This document shows, one piece after another, positions 9,687-17,778 of a stretch of DNA of 35,806 nucleotides. The stretch is taken from UHGV virus genome UHGV-0115009. One strand, 5' to 3'. The notes under the pieces were generated by a model. It searched no databases, was not told where the DNA came from, and was given only the letters and a program-made list of their open reading frames with translations. The DNA comes from a virus. Numbering within the stretch: the stretch's first letter is position 1; each line of letters starts with the position of its first letter. The translations under genes were made by a program, and so were the position numbers.

Positions 9687-9997
9687 TCCTCACGCTCCAA
9701 TGCGGCGCGTATGCCGTTGCCGACGCGGCTGCATTTCGCCCGAAGCTGCAGCGGAGCCGATTTCGATTGCGCGATGAAAGCGCCGGAAAGCTGGCGTGCC
9801 TCGCCGATAAGCAGCGCCAGATCCTCCACTTCGTCTTCGGTGTGCTGCGCGATGATGGGAGGATGTTCGGGCGGCTGCGGAACGCCGCTTCTGTACGCGC
9901 GGACGCGGCATGTGTTCGAGCAGTATTTGGCGCTACTGCGCTTCGCGTGGAATAACTGACCGCAAACGATGCATTTCTTCAGCATAGTTGTCCACAT
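9680..9997 (-). CDS. Small zinc-finger protein
   Basis: CIVCGQLF...AKYCSNTCRVRAYR (CxxC...CxxxC). Confidence 0.7.
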   Translation of the reverse strand: MWTTMLKKCIVCGQLFHAKRSSAKYCSNTCRVRAYRSGVPQPPEHPPIIAQHTEDEVEDLALLIGEARQLSGAFIAQSKSAPLQLRAKCSRVGNGIRAALEREEW

Positions 9998-10652
9998 GCC
10001 TTTCTGATCTCGAAATTCGCTGGCCTTTGTACATGCCAGCGCCTATCCGGTCGATTTCCGCAAACGGTATTTCGGAAACCGTCAAGCGCTTTCTCCACTT
10101 TTTGTCGATGAAGTAGATGTAGCGAAGCTGGAAGCCCTCAACTTTCTCGTAATGGGAGAACTCGCGCTGCCTTCCCTGGTGGTATGCGGTTATCGAATGG
10201 ATTACCCCCCCCCGTGGGTCAATCCGAAGCGTGTCGTTTCGGGCGATTCCGGTAAGCACGAAGTTGCTGGCTCGGTATATCGTCCCATCGCCGCACTGGC
10301 ACCCGTCCGCGAACGAAAGCACCCATTTCACGTGCGGCGCGTTCTTCTTTATCAGCCGCATCGCCATGCCGATTGCCCTGCTCTCGCTGTTGCGCGGCAG
10401 GAAGTCGTCGAACGCCATGCGGTTCAGTTCCAGCATCCCGTTCCACGGCGTTCCCTCGACAAGCCCCAGAACTTTGCGTTTGTCGGTCGGGCTTCCGAAA
10501 GACATAACGCCGTGCAGCCTGCCGTCCAGGAACGCCCCGAAATGCAGCGTCGAGTTGTTCACGACCTTGCCGCTGTAGTGGACGCGCCGAACGAAAGGAT
10601 TGGCAACGGCGGAAGGGATCACCTTCAATTCGATGTCTAGCGCTCTGCCCAT
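9933..10652 (-). CDS. Mom-family (GNAT-fold) DNA adenine modification enzyme
   Basis: VHYSGK, ELNRMAFDD.LPRNSESRAI, VLSFAD...GTIYRASNF motifs match Mu Mom-like proteins. Confidence 0.82.
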   Translation of the reverse strand: MGRALDIELKVIPSAVANPFVRRVHYSGKVVNNSTLHFGAFLDGRLHGVMSFGSPTDKRKVLGLVEGTPWNGMLELNRMAFDDFLPRNSESRAIGMAMRLIKKNAPHVKWVLSFADGCQCGDGTIYRASNFVLTGIARNDTLRIDPRGGVIHSITAYHQGRQREFSHYEKVEGFQLRYIYFIDKKWRKRLTVSEIPFAEIDRIGAGMYKGQRISRSERHVDNYAEEMHRLRSVIPREAQ

Positions 10653-11215
10653 TGCACGCACACCTCGTATATCCTGTTCCCGCAGTTGTTCCCGCCAGTC
10701 TCCACCGGCTCCACGGCTTCCATGGCAGCGGCAACCACTTCGTACTGCCTGGGAGTTAGCTGCAGCGTTATCGTTTTCGTTTTCGGCTCTTCCGAATCGT
10801 CAAGCGTGAAATCCGTTCCGAAATCATCAGCGTTTACCACATCGAAGCCGAATTCCGCCGCGTCGATGTCAAGCGCCGCCATTTCCTCCGCCACAAGGCC
10901 GTAATCAAGCTCGCTGTTGAGCGTAAGCTGGTTATGGATGTGGCAGTACGCGCGGCGCTGATCGTCCGTCAGGTGATCCAAGCACACGCACGGAACATCT
11001 GCAATTCCCATTCGCTTCGCAGCCAGCACGCTGCCATGCCCGTAGACGATTTCCGGCTGGCCTTCTTCGTTGTGCCAGATGCCAACCACGTCGCTGAACT
11101 CGTACCGCTCGATGGAAGCCTGGATCTGCTTGATCTGCGCATCCGGGTGCTTCTTCGCGTTGTTCGCATACGGCACCAGCGATTCCGTTGGCAGGTATTC
11201 GATTTCAAGCCGCAT
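10637..11215 (-). CDS. ParB/Srx N-terminal domain protein
   Basis: LVPYANNAKKH..QIKQIQASI...GHG..LAAK...HLTDDQRRAY...HN pattern of phage ParB-N domains linked to DNA modifiers. Confidence 0.85.
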   Translation of the reverse strand: MRLEIEYLPTESLVPYANNAKKHPDAQIKQIQASIERYEFSDVVGIWHNEEGQPEIVYGHGSVLAAKRMGIADVPCVCLDHLTDDQRRAYCHIHNQLTLNSELDYGLVAEEMAALDIDAAEFGFDVVNADDFGTDFTLDDSEEPKTKTITLQLTPRQYEVVAAAMEAVEPVETGGNNCGNRIYEVCVQWAER

Positions 11216-11309
11216 TCCCACGGCGCGCCTCCTTCCTGGATGGTTTTTCGCCATACATTAGGCGCGCCGTTACAGTTAGCGTTACCGCCCCTGAAAATTA
11301 GCGTTTCAG

Positions 11310-11400
11310 TTTTTCCCAATTTCGCGCGCAGGCGAAGATGGGGGGAGCGCGGTGGGTATGGAACCAGGGCTGGCGTGATTTAACCCACCTACCCCGGTTC
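11310..11400 (-). other. Candidate cos/packaging initiation region
   Basis: Intergenic minus-strand GGGGTAGGTGGGTTAAATC...ACCGCGCTCCCCCC...GCGCGCGAAATT resembles cos regions upstream of P27-type terS in HK97-like phages. Confidence 0.55.
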
Positions 11401-11408
11401 GGATCGCG

Positions 11409-11552
11409 CTAGAAGATCATCGAAGCAAGCCACCGCGCGAACGCGTACACGATCAGCTCAACCACGATGGTTGCGGCCATCACGGCTGCGATTGCAATCG
11501 CGCACCCGCATCCGCCGCCGCCGCTTCCCCGGTTGCGCCAATGCTCACTCAT
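11409..11552 (-). CDS. Small single-TM membrane protein (47 aa)
   Basis: MSEHWRNRGSGGGGCGC followed by a hydrophobic helix; overlaps the upstream stop. Confidence 0.6.
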   Translation of the reverse strand: MSEHWRNRGSGGGGCGCAIAIAAVMAATIVVELIVYAFARWLASMIF

Positions 11553-11823
11553 TGCCATCACCCTCGAAGCAGTAGTCCGCGCAGGCGTTGTCGATGAACC
11601 TGATGTGCTGCGGCCTGATCTCATGGACGCTGCCATCCTCGTATTCAACGATGCCGATGGGAAACGAAACCTGGCCTGCGGTTTCGCCAACCAGCATCGC
11701 GTCCTTCGGGTGCTGCTTCACTGCCCAGAAATGGAACAGCGCGTTGTACCTTTCGCGCGGCGCTTCCTGCTTTCCGAACGTGATGATGCACGGGCGCAGC
11801 GCGTTGCTGATCTCGATGTTCAT
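11545..11823 (-). CDS. Hypothetical phage protein
   Basis: AAGGAGG RBS, ATGA overlap; ALFHFW...GIVEYEDGSVHEI.P..IRF resembles a common phage family. Confidence 0.75.
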   Translation of the reverse strand: MNIEISNALRPCIITFGKQEAPRERYNALFHFWAVKQHPKDAMLVGETAGQVSFPIGIVEYEDGSVHEIRPQHIRFIDNACADYCFEGDGNE

Positions 11824-12641
11824 CGCGCCACCTCCTTCCGTTCCTGCATGCGCCGATCATTGCCGTCCAGGTGGATCAGCAGCGAGCCGTCAACCTTGCT
11901 GCGCAGCCGCGAAACGATTGCAACTGCGTTCTCTTCGCCGCCGTTCTTCGCCAGCCTTTCGATAAGCTTCTGCGGTTCGTACTGCGTGGTCACGACCGTT
12001 GGCAGCAGTTCGTTGTACCGCTCGTTTACCAGGTCGAACAGCTTTTCAACAGCCCAGTCGGTTGGAGATTCCTTGCCGAAGTCGTCCAGGATCAGAACGC
12101 TTGCCCGCTTGTAGGCGCGCAGCGGATCGCCGGAGGTCTGCCCGAATGAACGCCGGATGGCTTCCAGAACGTCAACCGTTGTGGCGAACAGCACGCGCTT
12201 GAACATCGGGCTGTCAACCATGGCGATTGCGGCGGCGCTTGCCAGCGTTGATTTCAGCGCGCCGGTGTTCCCGTAGATGTACACGTTGCGCCGCCGCCGG
12301 CAGGCTTCAACGACTTCCCCGGTTTTTGGGTGCTGCGCCTTGAAGTACCGTGGTTTTATGCCAGCCTTTCTAAGCCGTTCTAAGCGCCTGTTTTGCTCCC
12401 GGGCGGCTACCTGTTCGGCTTCCCTCGCTTGCGCCCGTCTAAGCGCCGTTACAGCCCCGCTACAGCTGCATTGGCGATAACCTACCACCACCGTTTCCGG
12501 CTTCCCGTCCGAAACCAGCGCTTTCGGGCGCTCGAAAACGATGGGCTCCAACAGCGCGCCGCAGAAGGCGCAGACGTTCCCGCTGTCGCTAACGTCCGAC
12601 GGCCTAGTTGTACGCCGCATAGCGCTCACCGCCGTTCGCAT
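11820..12641 (-). CDS. DnaC/IstB-like AAA+ helicase loader
   Basis: CxxC..CxC zinc motif, Walker A variant GNTGALKS, LILDDFGKE, ERYNELLPTVVTT, AIVSRL. Confidence 0.88.
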   Translation of the reverse strand: MRTAVSAMRRTTRPSDVSDSGNVCAFCGALLEPIVFERPKALVSDGKPETVVVGYRQCSCSGAVTALRRAQAREAEQVAAREQNRRLERLRKAGIKPRYFKAQHPKTGEVVEACRRRRNVYIYGNTGALKSTLASAAAIAMVDSPMFKRVLFATTVDVLEAIRRSFGQTSGDPLRAYKRASVLILDDFGKESPTDWAVEKLFDLVNERYNELLPTVVTTQYEPQKLIERLAKNGGEENAVAIVSRLRSKVDGSLLIHLDGNDRRMQERKEVAR

Positions 12642-13470
12642 CGCCCGGCATCCGCTCGTTCAGGTATCCGTCGAACTTCGACCCGAAAAGCGTTTCCGGT
12701 CGCAGGTATCCGGCCATCCTGGGATCGCGCCCCCATTGCGCGAACTTCACGTCGATCACGCGGAAGAAGTCCGGAAGGCGGAAGCCCTCCTTCCACCGCG
12801 CCCGGATAGCGCGCTGCGTGCTGGCGGTGGAATGCTTGAAGTTCTTGCCGGTCTTGTGGTTCAGGTAGGTCACGATGCGCCGGATCGTTTCCAGCGTGCA
12901 GCGGTCTTCGTCCGCGCCGGGCGTTGCTTTTTCTTTTTCTTTTTCTTTTTCTTTTACTTCTCCTATTACTACTCCTTCTCCTTTTACTATTACTCTACTA
13001 GCGGTATCGCTACTGTATTCCTCCTGTACTGATGCGGTATTTCTTGCTTTTCCCTGATAAAGCCCCCTTTTTTCAGAATTCCCCTTTTTCTCTTCTCGTT
13101 CCGGTACCGTTACGGTACCGGAACGGTACTGTACTGGTACCGGGGCAGGAAATTCGGAAGGTTTCGGCTTCTGCGGGTGCTGGTGTTCCAGGAAATTGGT
13201 CACCTGCAGCAGGGTTTCGCCATCGGCTTCGTAGACGATCACAAGGCCATTGCTTTCCAGTTCTTCAACCAGCGCGCCGCAGTCCTTCGTAGTGATGCCG
13301 TCGCGCAGCGGGAAAAGCTGCGCTTTGATAAGGCGCGGGGAATACCGCATGCGCCCCTCGTCGTCGCAGAAGCACGGAAGGTAGGCGAAAAGCAGGCACG
13401 CGCGGTCTGAAAGCTCCGCCAGCGTTTCGCTAAGGCATGATTCCGGTTTGATAGATCTGATGCGTGCCAT
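12604..13470 (-). CDS. Phage replication initiator protein
   Basis: MARIRSIKPE N-terminus, CDDEGR, low-complexity linker, conserved C-terminal YLN.KTGKNFK...YLRPETLFGSKFDGYLNE; adjacent to DnaC-like gene. Confidence 0.88.
   Translation of the reverse strand: MARIRSIKPESCLSETLAELSDRACLLFAYLPCFCDDEGRMRYSPRLIKAQLFPLRDGITTKDCGALVEELESNGLVIVYEADGETLLQVTNFLEHQHPQKPKPSEFPAPVPVQYRSGTVTVPEREEKKGNSEKRGLYQGKARNTASVQEEYSSDTASRVIVKGEGVVIGEVKEKEKEKEKATPGADEDRCTLETIRRIVTYLNHKTGKNFKHSTASTQRAIRARWKEGFRLPDFFRVIDVKFAQWGRDPRMAGYLRPETLFGSKFDGYLNERMPGDANGGERYAAYN
12925..13145. other. Candidate replication origin inside the initiator gene
   Basis: AT-rich TTTTTC repeats, several CGGTA(C/T) repeats and a 29-bp palindrome at 13097-13125. 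Confidence 0.6.
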
Positions 13471-13474
13471 GTTC

Positions 13475-13693
13475 CTACCTGCCTTCCTGGACGATTCCAA
13501 CGGGCTTTCCGGTGCCGTATACGCGGCCTTCGCAGCAGTCGTCTTCCTGGCATCGGAAGCAGGCGCACGCAGGTATGTCGCGCAAAGATCTTTCAACCGC
13601 GTTGAGTTTGTCCCTGGCGGATGCGAGCCTTTCCCTGGCTGCATGAAGGTCGTCCATGATGCTGAAAACCGTTTGAACGAAGTTGGTTTCCAT
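13475..13693 (-). CDS. Hypothetical protein (coiled coil plus Cys cluster)
   Basis: METNFVQ... with AGGAG RBS; fits operon packing. Confidence 0.6.
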   Translation of the reverse strand: METNFVQTVFSIMDDLHAARERLASARDKLNAVERSLRDIPACACFRCQEDDCCEGRVYGTGKPVGIVQEGR

Positions 13694-13819
13694 GGCTTTT
13701 CTCCTAACTCTTTCTTGCACTACTTTTCCAAAACTGCGGACATGCTTGGCGGCGGCTGTTCGCGCAGGTCGCTGCACGTTTCGGGATGCCACCTCCGCGC
13801 TTCCCGTTGCATGGGCGTT

Positions 13820-14020
13820 TCATCGCTTTATCTTCAAGCTGGCGGCGCTTTTGCGCTTGCGTTTCCCGTAGCTTTTGCGGTAGCGCTTTCCATCGTGCTC
13901 GCTCTCGAACAGCTTCACTTCGCGCAGCGCTTTCCTGGCTCCCTCCGCCTTCTCGCAACTCCAGAACCTTTCGCACCCGGCGCATGTGTTCTTTCCGTAT
14001 TCCCTGCAGCCATCGCTCAT
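13820..14020 (-). CDS. Hypothetical basic Cys-rich protein
   Basis: ATGA overlap with the upstream gene; C...CAGC....C motif. Confidence 0.6.
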   Translation of the reverse strand: MSDGCREYGKNTCAGCERFWSCEKAEGARKALREVKLFESEHDGKRYRKSYGKRKRKSAASLKIKR

Positions 14021-14259
14021 TGCGCATCCCCTTCTTCTTCAATTTCAGAAAGAAGGTATTCCAGGCAGCGGATGGCCTTCTGGATGTCCTGCCTGCCGTT
14101 TTTGAACGGCCAGCGCCACACGTACTTGAACGCGCACAGCCACCAGTAGGCTTGCATGGGCTTCAATTCTGCGTTGGAAACCATGGATGCCATGGCGATC
14201 ATGCAGCTGGTTTCGCCATCGCCCATGTAGTGCGCAGGCGCTTTCACCGGATCGGTCAT
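14017..14259 (-). CDS. DUF3310-like protein
   Basis: DPV..PAHY...KYVWRWPFKNG.QDIQKA..CLE motif. Confidence 0.82.
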   Translation of the reverse strand: MTDPVKAPAHYMGDGETSCMIAMASMVSNAELKPMQAYWWLCAFKYVWRWPFKNGRQDIQKAIRCLEYLLSEIEEEGDAQ

Positions 14260-14420
14260 TTCTCGCCCCTCTCTCGTTCGATGGGTTGCTGGTGCGAAAG
14301 GATCGCGTTGATCGTGGTTTCCTTGCGCATCGCGTCATAGCCAAGGCAGCAGCCTATTTCCTTAGCGTATGCGCGCAGCTCCTTCATGGTCATGTACCAA
14401 AGCTCCACTTCCGTCTTCAT
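14256..14420 (-). CDS. Small Rho-N/HeH-like protein (54 aa, not in ORF track)
   Basis: MTMKELRAYAKEIG...MRKETTINAIL; overlaps both neighbours at their start/stop codons. Confidence 0.6.
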   Translation of the reverse strand: MKTEVELWYMTMKELRAYAKEIGCCLGYDAMRKETTINAILSHQQPIERERGEK

Positions 14421-14623
14421 CACAGGCACCTCTCTATCGAATCGGCGTATTCCTTCGCTTGGCGCTCGGTAAGCATCCCCTGCGCCGTGGCGGTAGATCT
14501 GATCTCCGCCGCAAGGTCTTCCAGCGCTTCAGCGTCGGGCATGGGCTCGTAGCTTATGCAGGTTTCGTCAGCCCCTGCGCACCCAACGGCGCAGCATTGG
14601 AAGTATCGGCACTCTTTCAGCAT
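14420..14623 (-). CDS. Hypothetical Cys-containing protein
   Basis: MLKECRYFQCC...; AGGAG/GAGG RBS. Confidence 0.6.
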   Translation of the reverse strand: MLKECRYFQCCAVGCAGADETCISYEPMPDAEALEDLAAEIRSTATAQGMLTERQAKEYADSIERCL

Positions 14624-14631
14624 TCCCTCTC

Positions 14632-14748
14632 CTAACCGATCAGCAGCGCGAAAAGCTGCACGATCCCGTAAACAAGCAGCCCGTCGATCACGATGCAAAG
14701 AAGGATGATCGCCAGGCAGCTGATGCATCCGCCCTCACTGTTGCTCAT
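14632..14748 (-). CDS. Small single-TM membrane protein (38 aa, not in ORF track)
   Basis: MSNSEGGCISCLAIILLCIVIDGLLVYGIVQLFALLIG fills the operon gap. Confidence 0.6.
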   Translation of the reverse strand: MSNSEGGCISCLAIILLCIVIDGLLVYGIVQLFALLIG

Positions 14749-15220
14749 GGTTCCCCGCCGCCTTTTCCTTGATCTGCTTCCACTGCTTGCGGTGGTCTGC
14801 GACCTTGATCATTTCAACGTCTTTCACCGTGAAGAAATTCGGCTGCAGTGATGTTTCCTTCAGCCATTCGTCTAGCGCCGCCTGAAGCTTTTGCTTGAGC
14901 AGCGCGCGGTCAAGCGGGAAAAGGTCGTCCAGGAAGGTTTCGCCGTATTCGCCGCATTCCTCGTAAGCGTCCATCTGCAGCTGCTCTACAACCGTGATTT
15001 CATCTACGGTGGGAACGAAATCGACGCGCTTTCCGATGTAGAACGAAGCGCCTTCCTCCGGCATTTCCGATGGATCGAAGCAATCCGTATCGTGCCCTGC
15101 CAAGGCGCGGCGGAACTGGTAAAGCCCTTCGTCTATTGCTTGTTCCCTGGTAACTGCCTCTGTTCCCCAGAAGCATTCGCCGTCACCGGAAACGCACCAT
15201 CTATCCGTTGCTTCATTCAT
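14735..15220 (-). CDS. Hypothetical acidic phage protein
   Basis: MNEATDRW...TREQAIDEG...FYIG...PNFFTV; GGAGG RBS; only the 3' part of the tracked 388-aa ORF looks protein-like. Confidence 0.75.
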   Translation of the reverse strand: MNEATDRWCVSGDGECFWGTEAVTREQAIDEGLYQFRRALAGHDTDCFDPSEMPEEGASFYIGKRVDFVPTVDEITVVEQLQMDAYEECGEYGETFLDDLFPLDRALLKQKLQAALDEWLKETSLQPNFFTVKDVEMIKVADHRKQWKQIKEKAAGNHEQQ

Positions 15221-16517
15221 TCGTGTACACCTCCAAATCTTTGAACCTTGCGCATGTTTCGCCCGAAAGCGGGCACGTGGGAACGTACAGCGGCGAAGAT
15301 GCCGCCTGGCTCGCCCCCTGCATGTCCTTCGCCATCGCCGCGAAGGCGCGAGCAACCTCGCCGTCGCGCCCAGGAAGAACATGCCCGTAAAGCTCCAACG
15401 TCGTGCTGATGCTGGCGTGGCCGAAGCGTTCCTGTACGGCGCGGATGTTCTCGCCGCTTTCCAGCAGGTAGGTGGCGTGCGTGTGGCGGAGCGTGTGCAG
15501 GTGCGTGCCCTTTTCCAGGCGCAGCTTCGCCGCCAGCGCGCGGAACGCCGCCGTGATCTCGTTGGGCTCGAACTGCGCGCCGCTCGCGTGCGTGAAAAGC
15601 GGCGTTTCCGGCGTTGCCCTGATTCCCGATTCCGCCAGGATGGCGGCCTGAACCGCCATGTAATCGCGCAGCACCGCATCCGTCTCTTCGTCAATCGAAA
15701 CGAAGCGCTTGCTGCTTTTGCTTTTCGGCGGTTTGTAGATCCAGCCAACGCCGTCTTTGTGGGCTCGCACGCGCAGAACGCGCAAGCCGGTCTCATCGCC
15801 CTGGCGAGCCTTGTGCAAACGCTGGAATCCGGCAATCTCGCCGCGCCTAACGCCCGTATGCATGTCCACCCACCAGCACACCGCCTGCATGTACGTTTCA
15901 TAGCCTGCAGCGTCTGAAAACGGCGTGTGCAGCGTTTCCGTAAGATGCTTGCGGAGCGCCGCGAAATCGGTTGGCAGAAGCGCGTGCGCTTCCTTCGTGC
16001 GCCCGCGCGGGGGCTTCACGCCCTGCATGGGATTGGATGCAACCGCGCCGTCTGCTGAAAGCTTCGTGAAGCAGCCGCTGAGGAAAGCGTGGATCTTCTC
16101 AACCGTCGCAACCGCCAGCCCAGCGCCGCCGGAATCGGCTGCGCGCAGCAGCTCGCGGTAGAAAACGCTGAACGTCGAAGCGCTCGCCTTGGCAAGCGGA
16201 ACGCTTCCGATGCGCGGCTGGACGTGCTTGCGGTTGTAGGATCGGTAGGCGGAAACGGTGGTTGGGGACATGCCGGAAAGCTCGCAGCCTTCCAGGTAGT
16301 AGTTGACCAGCGTGCCAACCGTTATGCCGCGCGTGTTGCCCTTCGCCACCGACGCGATGGAATCAACGCGCGCGATGGCTGCCTGCAGGGCTTCCTCGCC
16401 GGCTTCCTTCGGAACGACTACGCTTGGCTGGTACGGCTTTCCCGTGTCAGGGTTCACGCCGCCGTAGGCGCGCACGACGTAGTTGCCCGTCCTTTTGTCG
16501 GTTGTCACGCTTGCCAT
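15213..16517 (-). CDS. Tyrosine recombinase/integrase
   Basis: Arm-binding-like N-terminus, SAM-like domain, catalytic motifs TGVRRGE, PKSKSS.R, HTLRHTHAT, FGHAS and TLELYGH all present. Confidence 0.92.
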   Translation of the reverse strand: MASVTTDKRTGNYVVRAYGGVNPDTGKPYQPSVVVPKEAGEEALQAAIARVDSIASVAKGNTRGITVGTLVNYYLEGCELSGMSPTTVSAYRSYNRKHVQPRIGSVPLAKASASTFSVFYRELLRAADSGGAGLAVATVEKIHAFLSGCFTKLSADGAVASNPMQGVKPPRGRTKEAHALLPTDFAALRKHLTETLHTPFSDAAGYETYMQAVCWWVDMHTGVRRGEIAGFQRLHKARQGDETGLRVLRVRAHKDGVGWIYKPPKSKSSKRFVSIDEETDAVLRDYMAVQAAILAESGIRATPETPLFTHASGAQFEPNEITAAFRALAAKLRLEKGTHLHTLRHTHATYLLESGENIRAVQERFGHASISTTLELYGHVLPGRDGEVARAFAAMAKDMQGASQAASSPLYVPTCPLSGETCARFKDLEVYTNE

Positions 16518-16519
16518 GG

Positions 16520-16762
16520 TTACGCCTGCGCGTTCCCGCCCTGGATCTTCTGCAGATCCTCGCGCTTCTTCATCGCGCCCAGGCGCGCCAGTTCGGCAAC
16601 GTCGCCGCCGACGAAGTTGCCCGTAAAGCCTGCCTTGCCAAGAACCTTGCCAAGTTCGCGGCACTGCTCGCACGTTACCTTCTGGGTAAGCTCTATCACC
16701 ACCGTATGCGGTTCGTCCTTGAACGCATGGCACAGCGCCTTCGGCATGTTAGCGGCTGCCAT
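16520..16762 (-). CDS. Hypothetical protein
   Basis: 80-aa ORF packed between operon genes. Confidence 0.65.
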   Translation of the reverse strand: MAAANMPKALCHAFKDEPHTVVIELTQKVTCEQCRELGKVLGKAGFTGNFVGGDVAELARLGAMKKREDLQKIQGGNAQA

Positions 16763-17105
16763 CTGCGCTCACCCCCGCAAAGCCGTCGCAGCGGCTTCCG
16801 TGGCAGCGGAACGCGCCTTTAAGCTGCGGCACGGTCGCTTCCATGATGCGGGCGAACGCGGGCGCAAGGCCGTTCTTCACGCCGATATGCTCTTCGTTGC
16901 GCACCATGTTCACCAGGTAGTTGGCGGAAACGTAGCCTTTTTTCGAAAGGCGCAGCGCGTTGTGAACCATGTACTGCCAGCCGAACGGGTTTTCCTTGAT
17001 CCAGGCGAGCGCGGCCTTCACGTCTGCTTCGCCCTCGGAACCGAGCCCGGCCAATTCAAGCTGCATGCTCTGCGGTTTCGGGCTGTATCGATCATCGTTG
17101 CGCAT
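16749..17105 (-). CDS. Hypothetical protein
   Basis: MRNDDRYSPKPQSMQLEL...; GGAGG RBS. Confidence 0.7.
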   Translation of the reverse strand: MRNDDRYSPKPQSMQLELAGLGSEGEADVKAALAWIKENPFGWQYMVHNALRLSKKGYVSANYLVNMVRNEEHIGVKNGLAPAFARIMEATVPQLKGAFRCHGSRCDGFAGVSADGSR

Positions 17106-17364
17106 AGATTGCCTCCATCTGCTGAACGTCGGCCACCGCGCCCTCGATTGTGGGAACAGCCCAGAGCCACATGAAAACGCACGTTGCGATAAGCACCACG
17201 GCGGCAAGGCACCACAGCACTTGCTTCACCAGTGCTAAAATCTCGAAAGGCTCCCTTCCTGAGGTAGCTGGGGCGCGTCTGGTTTGGCGACGGGGCGCGC
17301 CCGCATCTTTTATGTTGATGATTTCGAAATGCCCTTTAGGCACTTGCAGCCTTCTTCCCCGCAT
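17092..17364 (-). CDS. Hypothetical single-TM membrane protein
   Basis: GGAAAGGAAG RBS; hydrophobic VLWCLAAVVLIATCVFMWLWAVP. Confidence 0.65.
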   Translation of the reverse strand: MRGRRLQVPKGHFEIINIKDAGAPRRQTRRAPATSGREPFEILALVKQVLWCLAAVVLIATCVFMWLWAVPTIEGAVADVQQMEAIYAQR

Positions 17365-17409
17365 TGATCTTCCTTTCCTCAAGCTGCTTTCTAATGTTGC
17401 GGAAACCAT

Positions 17410-17778
17410 TCAGAAGCGCGTACCGCCGCGCCTCCGTGCAGCGTCCGCCTTCGCGTGGCAATCCCTGCAAAGCGGAACAAGGTTCGCTTGCTGGTTCCCC
17501 CCGCCATCGCACAGCGGCTTGATGTGGTGAACATCGCCGCCCTTCATCACCCATTTGCCCAACCTCCTTTCTGCGATTCGCTTGCCGCAGGCGGCGCAGC
17601 ATCCCTTTGTTCTGGTGATGACTGCCTGCCTGTTGCGCTGGTATTCCGCCTGGTTGTACGCGCGGCGGTGGGGTTCGCGGTTGCGCCTGGTGTCCTGGCG
17701 CTTCGGTCGCTTCGGTGCCTGCGGGCACCGTTCGCCATGTTCGTGGATCTTGTTGCATCTATCGCACCATCTACGCAC
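17410..17778 (-). CDS. HNH endonuclease (HK97 gp74-like)
   Basis: CCAACG...DVHHIKPL.DGG.N...NLVPLC..CH motif; GTG start overlapping the upstream stop. Confidence 0.85.
   Translation of the reverse strand: MRRWCDRCNKIHEHGERCPQAPKRPKRQDTRRNREPHRRAYNQAEYQRNRQAVITRTKGCCAACGKRIAERRLGKWVMKGGDVHHIKPLCDGGGNQQANLVPLCRDCHAKADAARRRGGTRF

Noticed and set aside
13694..13823. Possible small ORF between two early genes
   Set aside because: Several frames are open and none has convincing support, so it is left uncalled.
15221..15901. N-terminal extension of the tracked 388-aa ORF
   Set aside because: It is an alternate frame inside the tyrosine recombinase gene; the real start is at 15220 with a GGAGG RBS.
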